This document shows positions 1 through 9,584 of a DNA stretch of 64,000 bases, piece after piece (the stretch's first letter is position 1; each line of letters begins with the position of its first letter). The notes beneath the pieces are model-generated. The model worked only from the letters and a program-made list of their open reading frames with translations, searched no databases and was not told where the DNA came from. The position numbers and the translations under genes were made by a program. The DNA lies in sequence record NC_054918.1; one strand, given 5' to 3'. This DNA is from Escherichia phage vB_EcoM_G4498.

Positions 1-212
1 AGTCCGTCAACTTCAATATTTAAATCGGTACGCCAGCGAAGTCCTTCCCATGCGAAGGCTTTAAAGTCAGAAGCCTTTGTAGCTAAGTACCGTTCAATAG
101 GAGCTGTTTTAGGGTCAAAGCCGTTTCCCGATCGGTAGGTCCACTCATCTTTGTTAATGCCTTTGGCCTTTACTACAGAAGCTTCGGCAATAAATTCTTG
201 ATAGGTTTTCAT
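1..212 (-). CDS. Internal protein-like (capsid-targeted), partial; continues beyond window start
   Basis: ATG at 210-212; my rc translation begins MKTYQEFIAEA (T4 internal-protein capsid targeting signature) and runs open to position 1. Confidence 0.6.
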   Translation of the reverse strand, partial: MKTYQEFIAEASVVKAKGINKDEWTYRSGNGFDPKTAPIERYLATKASDFKAFAWEGLRWRTDLNIEVDG

Positions 213-240
213 GTGTTTCCTTGTTTGTTTTGATAGAGTA

Positions 241-270
241 ATTATACCATATTAATACTTAAGCGTAAAC
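241..270 (-). promoter_or_regulatory. T4 early-type promoter (-35 GTTTAC, 18 nt spacer, -10 TATAAT)
   Basis: minus strand GTTTAC (265-270) and TATAAT (241-246), about 29 nt upstream of the ATG at 212. Confidence 0.55.
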
Positions 271-273
271 CGT

Positions 274-534
274 TTAAGCTTTACCGCCAGAAATAATTCC
301 GAAGTTGTTAAAATCATATCCAATATCGTCAACATCTACTTTAGGACTTGCTACAACATAAGCAATTTCACTACGTTTTGCACAGGTGTTGATTTCTTTA
401 CCATCGCCACCTAAGAAAGAATACCCATTACGTTTTAATGAGCCAAAGTCTTCCGCATCACCAATGAAAGCTTTAACTTTAAATTTAGAACCTTTGGCAT
501 CTGCTTCAACGATAAATTCTTGATACATTTTCAT
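274..534 (-). CDS. Internal protein-like (capsid-targeted) small protein, 86 aa
   Basis: ORF with ATG at 534; N-terminus MKMYQEFIVEA matches the CTS motif. Confidence 0.7.
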   Translation of the reverse strand: MKMYQEFIVEADAKGSKFKVKAFIGDAEDFGSLKRNGYSFLGGDGKEINTCAKRSEIAYVVASPKVDVDDIGYDFNNFGIISGGKA

Positions 535-672
535 TTTTCCTTAGTAAATTGATTTACCAAAGTATTTGTACCAAGTCGGACGTTGATCAATTTTTTCATC
601 TAAGCGTGCTTGATTTATCGCAATGGACGCTTCGGACGGGTCATAATTTCCTCCAAGTAGTTGATGAATGTA

Positions 673-701
673 TAGTATCAAAACCCTTGGAGGAAGTAAA
701 C
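673..701 (-). promoter_or_regulatory. T4 early-type promoter (-35 GTTTAC, 17 nt spacer, -10 TACTAT)
   Basis: minus strand GTTTAC (696-701) and TACTAT (673-678). Confidence 0.45.
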
Positions 702-703
702 AA

Positions 704-1944
<1,241 letters not shown>

Positions 1945-1948
<4 letters not shown>

Positions 1949-2307
1949 TTTAATTTCCTGCAATCACTCACAAACTCTTTCATTGATTCATTTTCAATAT
2001 AAGACATGTAGCTATTATATTCTTTTAATTGTATTTTGTAATATTTTTTTCTTTGCCAATTTATTTTAAAATTATCATAATGAAAATATAACATGGTACC
2101 AAAGAATGAAAATAATGAAATAATTTTAGTATAGTGAAGTTCACTCCAAACTTCTGTTATATTTACTGTGCCGTCGATGTTTAAAATAAGACAGTCAATT
2201 AACAATCCAAAAAGACTACCCGCAAGAGCTGCAGCCAACGCCACAGCAAAAATTAAAAATGACTCAGGAAGCGAATATTTGACTTTATTTAGTTTTGGCT
2301 TTTGCAT
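1945..2307 (-). CDS. Small membrane protein (hypothetical)
   Basis: 120 aa ORF with ATG and AAGGAA RBS; hydrophobic segment LIFAVALAAALAGSLFGLLI. Confidence 0.55.
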
Positions 2308-2681
2308 CGTGATTCCTTAACAAATTTCATAATTTCATTAAATTCATACTCAGCAAGTTTAATCTGGTGTTCCTTTTTAATCTTTTTACACTGTGCTTTC
2401 CAATCACGTACGCGTTTACGATAATGCCTTCCTTGATACCAGTATCCTACCCAATTTATAGGTACTAATAAAAATGGAACTATTAATGGAAGAATTAGCA
2501 TTAACACAAGTATTTCGCCAGAATCAATATCAGTCATAACATCTAAAACACCTCCAATAATCAATAGAATTACAAATGATATAAGTATAACAGGACCTAT
2601 TAATACATCAGTAGAAATTATCTGACGCTTTAATTCATACTTCAACGGTTTACTTGGAAGGTATAGTGATGGTTTTGACAT
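2289..2681 (-). CDS. Small membrane protein (hypothetical), about 130 aa
   Basis: track start at 2702 is TTG; first ATG at 2679-2681; two hydrophobic helices; overlaps neighbours. Confidence 0.5.
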   Translation of the reverse strand: MSKPSLYLPSKPLKYELKRQIISTDVLIGPVILISFVILLIIGGVLDVMTDIDSGEILVLMLILPLIVPFLLVPINWVGYWYQGRHYRKRVRDWKAQCKKIKKEHQIKLAEYEFNEIMKFVKESRCKSQN

Positions 2682-3258
2682 ATTCTCTACATTCCTTAAC
2701 AAATTTTTCTAGTAATAAATCACTTTCAAAATTAGGATTTTCCACTAATTTATCAAAAAGATCATCAACAATATTCAAGATATTTCTTTTACTAAGAATA
2801 CGTTTATTTTCATGCTTCGTTTCAGAATCAACTATAAGAGTAAAGAAATATTTCTTTCCCTGAAATTTTACTGTAGTATCAATATAGAATAAATTTGACT
2901 TTTGTAAGTTACGTTTAAACCATGCGTCACTTAAACTATAAACACCGAGATAATCAAAATCGTCGTTTAAATAACAAACTGTCCATTCAGGAGAAATGAA
3001 ATCAGTAAATTCAACATCAAAATCGCATGTCAATGAATAAATTGATTCAATACTGTTAATAAGTATTCCAGGACGTATTAAAGACTTTTTACCTCTGGAA
3101 AATCTTCCAGAAAGGCTTTCGTCTGTTTCATATGAAGAACCCCAATAATAATTACGTCCTTCTGCCATGCGTTTAAGAGCATTTAGCAATTGGTCTGGAA
3201 CATCAACCTGTCTTTGGAACTCTTCAAACATTGAATTGAAATCACTTTGCATTTTCAT
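2650..3258 (-). CDS. Hypothetical early protein, 202 aa
   Basis: long ORF in the minus-strand early gene series between e and the tRNA cluster. Confidence 0.6.
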   Translation of the reverse strand: MKMQSDFNSMFEEFQRQVDVPDQLLNALKRMAEGRNYYWGSSYETDESLSGRFSRGKKSLIRPGILINSIESIYSLTCDFDVEFTDFISPEWTVCYLNDDFDYLGVYSLSDAWFKRNLQKSNLFYIDTTVKFQGKKYFFTLIVDSETKHENKRILSKRNILNIVDDLFDKLVENPNFESDLLLEKFVKECREYVKTITIPSK

Positions 3259-3278
3259 TCCTATTTACTCCAAGTAAT

Positions 3279-3296
3279 AGGGGCCTAAGCCCCTTA
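3279..3296 (-). terminator. GC-rich stem-loop (AGGGGC-CTAA-GCCCCT)
   Basis: inverted repeat just downstream of the 3300..3893 stop; no strong U-tract. Confidence 0.35.
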
Positions 3297-3299
3297 TCA

Positions 3300-3893
3300 T
3301 TATTTCAGAGAATTAATGTATTCCTGAACATCGGCAGAGGTAGTTTCAACCCCAGAAATATTACCATTAAAGGTTTCAACTCGAGCAAGAGTATCTTCAA
3401 TATCAACCTTAGTCAGCGCTGCAATTTCAACTACATCATCAGCAGTACTAATTCCAAGGGCATTTGCTGCACGAGTTTCACGGATATATTCCAATTTAAC
3501 TGCAAGTTCTTGGCGAGCATCATCTAACTCAACTACTTTCTTGGCGATTTCAATTCGCATTTCAGCATAACCATCAGCTTTAGTAGTCAACTGTTCAGCT
3601 GTTCGACGATATAGCAAACCAAGTTTAGCATGCATTGTTACATCTTGACCTTCAGAAAGAAGCTTGCGAATTTCACGCTCTTTTGATTCGGCCTGCTTAT
3701 TCTTTTCGACAATAAGTTCACGAATACGCTTTTCTTCATTAATAGATTTAACAGAAGCAGTTTTTAGATCTTTAATCTTATCAAGTAGTTTTGCTGCCGC
3801 AGCAGTATACTGTTCTTCAACGGATAAATTTTTAGCCATAGCAGAACCAAGTTTAGTGCGAATAAACTCAACAATTTTCTTCAGTGTGTTCAT
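3300..3893 (-). CDS. Hypothetical coiled-coil protein, 197 aa
   Basis: long ORF with charged heptad-like K/E/R-rich composition; family assignment not possible by eye. Confidence 0.65.
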
Positions 3894-3936
3894 AGTATTT
3901 CCTTAGGTTAATTAAGATTTAAAATCCATAAGAGTA

Positions 3937-4101
3937 TTATTTGTAAACTATTTCAACATCGCCTTTTGCTGCTTTATAACCTTCAGCCCAAGATACAACC
4001 GAGTTTTTATCCGAAGATTCAAATTCTGGCATTGGGCTTTCGCCAATGTTCACGCAGTATGTTTCTTCATTTTCGTCAAACCAAATAATTAAAGTAGTCA
4101 T
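3937..4101 (-). CDS. Small hypothetical protein, 54 aa (not in supplied track)
   Basis: my rc translation MTTLIIWFDENEETYCVNIGESPMPEFESSDKNSVVSWAEGYKAAKGDVEIVYK; GGAG RBS before ATG 4099-4101. Confidence 0.4.
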   Translation of the reverse strand: MTTLIIWFDENEETYCVNIGESPMPEFESSDKNSVVSWAEGYKAAKGDVEIVYK

Positions 4102-4137
4102 TTATTTCTCCGTTTCTGTATTTGTTTTGATAAGTCT

Positions 4138-4165
4138 ATAATAACACCGTCCTTGGTGTTTGTAC
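4138..4165 (-). promoter_or_regulatory. Degenerate early promoter/leader cassette copy
   Basis: TATTAT -10 and weak -35 (GTACAA); shares the TTTGTTTTGATA leader with other copies. Confidence 0.25.
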
Positions 4166-4169
4166 ACAA

Positions 4170-4445
4170 TTATTTCATATTATTGAAATATTCTTCTGCG
4201 ATTTCATCGTTATCATGGTAAACTTTAGAAGACAGTTTAACATAACCTTCAGCAGTGAACATGTTAATCACAACCTTTACAGTATACCACTGACCATCTT
4301 CATTACCCATTACTGCGTAAGTTTCAAACATCGGATGATCAGGACCGATAACTTTAATATCATTCACTGTACGACCGAAATCTTCTGAAACACATTTCAT
4401 AAAGAAGTTGAACAGTTCACCGTAATTATCCATTTTATTCTCCAA
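4170..4445 (-). CDS. Hypothetical early protein, 91 aa
   Basis: ORF immediately downstream of an early promoter copy. Confidence 0.6.
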   Translation of the reverse strand: MENKMDNYGELFNFFMKCVSEDFGRTVNDIKVIGPDHPMFETYAVMGNEDGQWYTVKVVINMFTAEGYVKLSSKVYHDNDEIAEEYFNNMK

Positions 4446-4476
4446 GTTGTTTTCTGTATCAGTAGTTGATATTGAT

Positions 4477-4506
4477 ATAGTACCATAGAAGAACAGGGAT
4501 GTAAAC
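4477..4506 (-). promoter_or_regulatory. T4 early-type promoter (GTTTAC, 18 nt spacer, TACTAT)
   Basis: minus strand GTTTAC (4501-4506) and TACTAT (4477-4482), 32 nt upstream of the ATG at 4445. Confidence 0.5.
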
Positions 4507-4626
4507 AGTTTTGTGAAAAATTTTTAGGGAATTTTAGGGCGGGGAGGGGCAATTAAAAGGTAGGATAATATATTATAAAGGATATAAACTAAATGATGCC
4601 TAGAGAGGCCCGGAAAGGCCTAGATA

Positions 4627-4653
4627 CCAAAAAGCCCTATCATTTAGATAGGG
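4627..4653 (-). terminator. Intrinsic terminator (7-bp stem CCCTATC/GATAGGG plus U-run on minus strand)
   Basis: perfect inverted repeat 4635-4653 followed on the minus strand by CTTTTT, just downstream of the 4662 stop. Confidence 0.5.
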
Positions 4654-4661
4654 ATTTAAAA

Positions 4662-5225
4662 TTATTTACATAGTTTAGTTATTATAGCTTCTGCAGCAGC
4701 TTTTAGCTTAGATGCGGTGTTAATACGATTTTTAATTTCAGTATATGCATCGCCAAGAACATCAAGGCTATCAGAATAAACACTTACACTATTGCGTTCG
4801 CTATTTGAAATAGAACCTTTAGTTTTACGATCAAAATCGGTATACACGTCTTGAAGATCGCGGGCTGCCTTCTTTGCATCATCCAATGCATCAAGAGCTT
4901 TATTCAAAGCATTGACATATTTTTTAGTGTCAAACATATTCTTAGAAATTTTAACAGGTGCACGTTCAGGAGTAGCTAATGCAGATTTAGAAACCTGAGC
5001 GCCAGATGCCAATTTCTTAGAAATTTTGAAAAATGCTTTATTGAAACTATTTTCTTGGCTCATCGTAAAAGAACTGTTATCGATGTTATACATTTCAATA
5101 GCTTTAGCTTTCCACTTAAGAAAATCGCCCCGGTCTTTTGGGTCCAAGTGGAAGAATACTTTAGTAAGATCTGCTTCAGATGGTAATTTTGCTGCTTCAG
5201 TTAAAAATTCGGCATAGGTTTTCAT
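4662..5225 (-). CDS. Internal protein-like (capsid-targeted), 187 aa
   Basis: ATG start; N-terminus MKTYAEFLTEA matches the CTS motif; own terminator downstream. Confidence 0.7.
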   Translation of the reverse strand: MKTYAEFLTEAAKLPSEADLTKVFFHLDPKDRGDFLKWKAKAIEMYNIDNSSFTMSQENSFNKAFFKISKKLASGAQVSKSALATPERAPVKISKNMFDTKKYVNALNKALDALDDAKKAARDLQDVYTDFDRKTKGSISNSERNSVSVYSDSLDVLGDAYTEIKNRINTASKLKAAAEAIITKLCK

Positions 5226-5300
5226 TTAAAATCCTTGAAATAATTTATTGGTTATTAATTATTTATTATCCGTAACAGCATTCTCTGAGTGATTCAAACT

Positions 5301-5327
5301 AAAAAGCCCCAACCTTTCGGTCAGGGC
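5301..5327 (-). terminator. Imperfect hairpin plus U-run, candidate 3' end of a stable RNA
   Basis: ACC-TTTC-GGT core hairpin with flanking CCC/GGG, followed on the minus strand by TTTTT. Confidence 0.35.
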
Positions 5328-5329
5328 TA

Positions 5330-5630
5330 AGCCTTGCGGCAACCTTGTCGGGGTTCCACCTGCTAAGGCAAGTGTTTGTACGAAACGCCGGGATTTGAAC
5401 CCGGTTATTAAGTAGTTGACGCTACTCAATATTTTTAAAAGGCCATATCTCGACCATATCCGAACGTTCCGTCAAAAACGCTACTCGGCTTATGGCAAAG
5501 ATATTTCCTCGAATCGATAATTCGGTGCGCCGTTTCTGCTGTAATAGTAAAGAGCCAGAACACAGTAAAACTGTGGGAGGAAACTATACTCCAGGGAACA
5601 TCAGTCCGACGACTTACCGGTAGCGACCCG
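5330..5630 (-). ncRNA. Candidate small stable RNA locus (T4 species 1/2-like position)
   Basis: 300 bp without a credible ORF between tRNA-Arg side genes and a terminator; contains tRNA T-arm-like hairpin CCGGG-TTCAAAT-CCCGG. Confidence 0.3.
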
Positions 5631-5635
5631 GTTTC

Positions 5636-5986
5636 TTAATATTCTTTTAAAGCATCAATCTGTTCACGGCGTTTACGCCATAAATCAATTGCTTCATACG
5701 CGGATTCAGCATTTCGAATTAGCCGGCATTTATGTAAAGACTTATGATTTTGATATTGCGTAAATAACGAAATTTTATCTAAAAGGTCTTTACGATCAAA
5801 ATATTCGTAACCATCTAAACCAAATGAACGATTTTTGAGAAATTGCCAATGACCATATTCGTTTTCGACATAAACATAATCTGCATGCTGATAAAGTAAA
5901 TTAATTACACGTTCAGAAATAACAGTATCGTTATGATTAAAATAGAATGTTAAATCATGAACTACTAAATAGACATTACCTTTCAT
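5636..5986 (-). CDS. Hypothetical protein, about 116 aa
   Basis: track start at 6034 would overlap tRNA-Arg; internal ATG at 5984-5986 has GAGGAAAAT RBS. Confidence 0.5.
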   Translation of the reverse strand: MKGNVYLVVHDLTFYFNHNDTVISERVINLLYQHADYVYVENEYGHWQFLKNRSFGLDGYEYFDRKDLLDKISLFTQYQNHKSLHKCRLIRNAESAYEAIDLWRKRREQIDALKEY

Positions 5987-6004
5987 ATTTTCCTCACTTA
6001 TAAT

Positions 6005-6081
<77 letters not shown>

Positions 6082-6085
6082 TATT

Positions 6086-6160
6086 TGGCGGACGTGATAG
6101 GATTCGAACCTATAACCAATCGCTTAACAGGCGATCGCTCTGCCATTGAGCTACACATCC
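6086..6160 (-). tRNA. tRNA-Asn (anticodon GTT)
   Basis: anticodon arm ATCGC-CTGTTAA-GCGAT; T-loop GGTTCGAATCC; encoded CCA. Confidence 0.8.
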
Positions 6161-6164
6161 AAAT

Positions 6165-6251
6165 TGGTGGGGAGCGATGGAGTCGAACCACCCGAGTCGC
6201 AATGACAATGGATTTACAGTCCACACCGCTACCTCTACGGGATAACTCCCC
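6165..6251 (-). tRNA. tRNA-Tyr (anticodon GTA), long variable arm
   Basis: 87 nt; anticodon arm GTGGA-CTGTAAA-TCCAT; acceptor GGGGAGT/GCTCCCC; encoded CCA. Confidence 0.8.
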
Positions 6252-6260
6252 TAATTAATT

Positions 6261-6335
6261 TGGTGGCCCTGGGTGGAATTGAACCACCATCTGGCGATTA
6301 TGAGTCGCTTGCTTGAACCTTCCAGCTACAGGGCC
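6261..6335 (-). tRNA. tRNA with CAT anticodon (Met or lysidine-modified Ile)
   Basis: anticodon loop CTCATAA; acceptor GGCCCTG/CAGGGCC; encoded CCA. Confidence 0.8.
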
Positions 6336-6336
6336 T

Positions 6337-6412
6337 TGGTGCTGATTGACGGAATCGAACCGCCGACCTTCTCATTACAAGTGAGTTGCTCTACCTACTG
6401 AGCTAAATCAGC
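6337..6412 (-). tRNA. tRNA-Thr (anticodon TGT)
   Basis: anticodon loop CTTGTAA; T-loop GGTTCGATTCC; encoded CCA. Confidence 0.85.
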
Positions 6413-6417
6413 AAAAC

Positions 6418-6507
6418 TGGCGGAGGCGATAGGATTTGAACCTATGAGTCGCCGGAGCGACTGCCGGTTTTCAAGACCGGTGCATTAAACCACTCTGCCA
6501 CGCCTCC
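6418..6507 (-). tRNA. tRNA-Ser (anticodon TGA), long variable arm
   Basis: 90 nt; anticodon arm CCGGT-CTTGAAA-ACCGG; encoded CCA. Confidence 0.85.
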
Positions 6508-6509
6508 AG

Positions 6510-6583
6510 TCTCCGTGACAGGATTTGAACCTACGACATTCTGCTCCCAAAGCAGACGCTCTACCAAACTGAGCTACACGGAG
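6510..6583 (-). tRNA. tRNA-Pro (anticodon TGG), CCA not encoded
   Basis: anticodon arm TCTGC-TTTGGGA-GCAGA; abuts tRNA-Ser as in the T4 Pro-Ser dimeric precursor. Confidence 0.85.
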
Positions 6584-6593
6584 TAAATTAAAT

Positions 6594-6668
<75 letters not shown>

Positions 6669-6672
6669 AATT

Positions 6673-6759
6673 TGGTGCGAGAAGTGGGACTCGAACCCAC
6701 AAGGAAATCATTCCGCAGCATTTTAAGTGCTGTGCCTTTACCAATTTGACCATTCTCGC
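6673..6759 (-). tRNA. tRNA-Leu (anticodon TAA), long variable arm
   Basis: 87 nt; anticodon arm CAGCA-CTTAAAA-TGCTG; encoded CCA. Confidence 0.85.
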
Positions 6760-6760
6760 G

Positions 6761-6834
6761 CTGGGAATAAAGGACTCGAACCTTTGCATCCTGGAATCAA
6801 AATCCAGTGCCTTACCAACTTGGCTAATTCCCAA
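6761..6834 (-). tRNA. tRNA-Gln (anticodon TTG), CCA not encoded
   Basis: anticodon loop TTTTGAT; acceptor TGGGAAT/ATTCCCA; 1 nt from tRNA-Leu (dimeric precursor arrangement). Confidence 0.85.
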
Positions 6835-6929
6835 TTATTAACAAAGGCTCTCTAACAAGAACCCTTGATGATAGAGGGTATTATCAGTGCGGTATGAGTT
6901 AATAATAACAAATAATTCTTAAAGCATAT

Positions 6930-7217
6930 TTACCATTTATGATGATACGTATTTACGATACATTCAAGACCCAAAGGATTCTTGAAAATATCATATTCAA
7001 GAGGACCTTTTTCTGTTTCAATAAAGAAATCAAAATTTACTGTATTAAATTTACGGTCTTCCTTTACTAATTTAACTTGAGAAGATGAACGATCAATGTA
7101 AACCTTTTCAACTTCAAAACACGTTAAAATGCCATAATCATCGATCAAGGCTTTAGCTGCATCTTGATCATATTTATATCCATTTTCAATGGATGATACT
7201 TTAGCATAAAGAATCAT
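6930..7217 (-). CDS. Hypothetical protein, 95 aa
   Basis: ORF with ATG and GAGG RBS, between the tRNA cluster and the internal-protein array. Confidence 0.55.
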   Translation of the reverse strand: MILYAKVSSIENGYKYDQDAAKALIDDYGILTCFEVEKVYIDRSSSQVKLVKEDRKFNTVNFDFFIETEKGPLEYDIFKNPLGLECIVNTYHHKW

Positions 7218-7229
7218 TATCAGCCTCTA

Positions 7230-7628
7230 TCAACGATAGTATGAGTATGGGCATTTACGATTTGCCACCAGTGAAACGATTGGAACCATAATCTGGTTTA
7301 TTTCATTTTCTTTAATAATATCACGCAGCTTATCTTCTGTTTCAGCATACGCAATTAAATCATCATACCCACCACAAGGATAATAATTATCACCTGCGAA
7401 TAAAAGAAAATTTACCTTAGATGGATTTACGTAATAATGGTCTTTAGGATATTTAGTTCCTCTCCAATCAGTTACTTCAACATAACGGTAAGAAAATCCA
7501 TTTTTACTTTCAATCCAACTCCACGCTTCAAAAGGAGTATTAAAAACTTTATCAGGTATTAAATTACCTTCAAAATGAGAAGGATTTGCATAATCCCCGG
7601 CATAAACATAATATTCGTTAATACTCAT
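7230..7628 (-). CDS. Hypothetical protein, 132 aa
   Basis: ORF with ATG start; Tyr/Trp-rich; no recognisable motif by eye. Confidence 0.55.
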   Translation of the reverse strand: MSINEYYVYAGDYANPSHFEGNLIPDKVFNTPFEAWSWIESKNGFSYRYVEVTDWRGTKYPKDHYYVNPSKVNFLLFAGDNYYPCGGYDDLIAYAETEDKLRDIIKENEINQIMVPIVSLVANRKCPYSYYR

Positions 7629-7814
7629 TTATTCACCTTTAGAAATTTTATCCATAACGATAGCGATTAAACCAATTAAAAATGCTACTACAAGTGAAAA
7701 CACATTTTCTGCTGTAGTTAATAATCCGCATATAAATCCAGCAAACATTGAAAAACTAAAAGCGGAAGCAGAAATTGCAATAGCAACATTTCGAATTAAT
7801 TCACAGCGTTTCAT
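7629..7814 (-). CDS. Small membrane peptide, about 61 aa
   Basis: internal ATG at 7812-7814 preceded by GAGGAG RBS; two hydrophobic segments; directly downstream of an early promoter copy. Confidence 0.5.
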   Translation of the reverse strand: MKRCELIRNVAIAISASAFSFSMFAGFICGLLTTAENVFSLVVAFLIGLIAIVMDKISKGE

Positions 7815-7842
7815 TTTATTCTCCTCAGTAGTTGATAGGGTA

Positions 7843-7872
7843 ATAGTATCACAACTAAAACCACATGTAAAC
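7843..7872 (-). promoter_or_regulatory. T4 early-type promoter (GTTTAC, 18 nt spacer, TACTAT) with conserved leader
   Basis: minus strand GTTTAC (7867-7872) and TACTAT (7843-7848). Confidence 0.55.
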
Positions 7873-7875
7873 AAT

Positions 7876-8100
7876 TTATTCAACACCAGCGGCTTTCAAA
7901 AGTTTCTTAAGATTGGCAACACCTTGAGCAGAAAATGTGACCTTTCCACCTTTTTCACTGATAGAACCAACCAATTTAGCAAGTTTATCATTAGGAATTT
8001 TTTTAAAATCAGCCAATGTCCCATCAAAGGTTTTTGAAACAAAAGGCAGTTCATCTTCATGTCTTTTAGCTTCTACAATAAATTTTTGATATGTTTCCAT
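7876..8100 (-). CDS. Internal protein-like (capsid-targeted), about 74 aa
   Basis: N-terminus METYQKFIVEA from ATG 8098-8100; alternative ATG at 8112 adds METK. Confidence 0.6.
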   Translation of the reverse strand: METYQKFIVEAKRHEDELPFVSKTFDGTLADFKKIPNDKLAKLVGSISEKGGKVTFSAQGVANLKKLLKAAGVE

Positions 8101-8137
8101 TTTAGTTTCCATTTAGATGTTTTGTTTTGATAGGGTA

Positions 8138-8167
8138 ATAATATCACTACCCCATCTAAAAGTAAAC
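8138..8167 (-). promoter_or_regulatory. T4 early-type promoter (GTTTAC, 18 nt spacer, TATTAT) with conserved leader
   Basis: minus strand GTTTAC (8162-8167) and TATTAT (8138-8143). Confidence 0.55.
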
Positions 8168-8177
8168 GGTTTATAAA

Positions 8178-8486
8178 CTATTTTATTCCGCGTGATGCAA
8201 TTGTGTTCTGCCGTTTAACGCCAGTTTGTTTAAAGTCATGATTGTCGATTTGATCGGTACGAGCAACTCCGAATGATGATTTGATTTTAGCCTTAGATCC
8301 TTTAGTTATAGAAATAAACATCTCGGAAGCCCCTTTCTTAAAGTCCGAGGCGATTACTTCAACGCCGTTCTTAGCAAGTGACTTCAGAATTGCCTCTGCA
8401 TACTCATCGTCAAGACTCGTCTGAGTATTAATAACGAATGTCTTTGGCGCAGCCGCTTCATTGATAAATTCTTTAAATGTTTTCAT
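8178..8486 (-). CDS. Internal protein-like (capsid-targeted), 102 aa
   Basis: ATG start; N-terminus MKTFKEFINEA. Confidence 0.7.
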   Translation of the reverse strand: MKTFKEFINEAAAPKTFVINTQTSLDDEYAEAILKSLAKNGVEVIASDFKKGASEMFISITKGSKAKIKSSFGVARTDQIDNHDFKQTGVKRQNTIASRGIK

Positions 8487-8517
8487 TTTTATTTTCCTAA
8501 TTAATTTTGATGAGATA

Positions 8518-8547
8518 ATAGTACCACAACCCTATTTAAAAGTAAAC
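8518..8547 (-). promoter_or_regulatory. T4 early-type promoter (GTTTAC, 18 nt spacer, TACTAT)
   Basis: minus strand GTTTAC (8542-8547) and TACTAT (8518-8523). Confidence 0.5.
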
Positions 8548-8820
8548 TCATTTTAAATAAATTGCGTATTTTTTATAACCCGCTGACTCATGACGAAGAC
8601 CATTATCATTAGCAAAACGCTCAATGTTGTTAATTTGATTCTGGTCAAGTTCAGAGATGTCAAACACGAAAAAGTTACGTTTGTTACCAACTGTTACATA
8701 GTCAGTTAAATCAATATCATATAGGTAATTGATGTCAGCAATCAAAGTCTTGACAGCTTTGCTAATTTTTACTTTTTCGTTAAAAGCAGCTTCAGCAATA
8801 AATTCTTGATACGTTTTCAT
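8548..8820 (-). CDS. Internal protein-like (capsid-targeted), about 90 aa
   Basis: track start at 8838 is GTG; ATG at 8818-8820 gives MKTYQEFIAEA. Confidence 0.7.
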   Translation of the reverse strand: MKTYQEFIAEAAFNEKVKISKAVKTLIADINYLYDIDLTDYVTVGNKRNFFVFDISELDQNQINNIERFANDNGLRHESAGYKKYAIYLK

Positions 8821-8856
8821 TTTATTCTCCAATTTCACATTTGTTTTGATAGGGTA

Positions 8857-8886
8857 ATAGTATCACTACTAAAACCCCGTGTAAAC
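8857..8886 (-). promoter_or_regulatory. T4 early-type promoter (GTTTAC, 18 nt spacer, TACTAT) with conserved leader
   Basis: minus strand GTTTAC (8881-8886) and TACTAT (8857-8862), 37 nt upstream of the ATG at 8820. Confidence 0.55.
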
Positions 8887-8898
8887 AACTTTGTGAAA

Positions 8899-9583
<685 letters not shown>

Positions 9584-9584
<1 letters not shown>

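Noticed and set aside
6872-6900. Possible additional degenerate promoter-cassette copy upstream of the tRNA cluster
   Set aside because: Leader-like similarity (GATAGAGGGTATTATCAGTG) but no convincing -35 GTTTAC; insufficient evidence for a promoter call.
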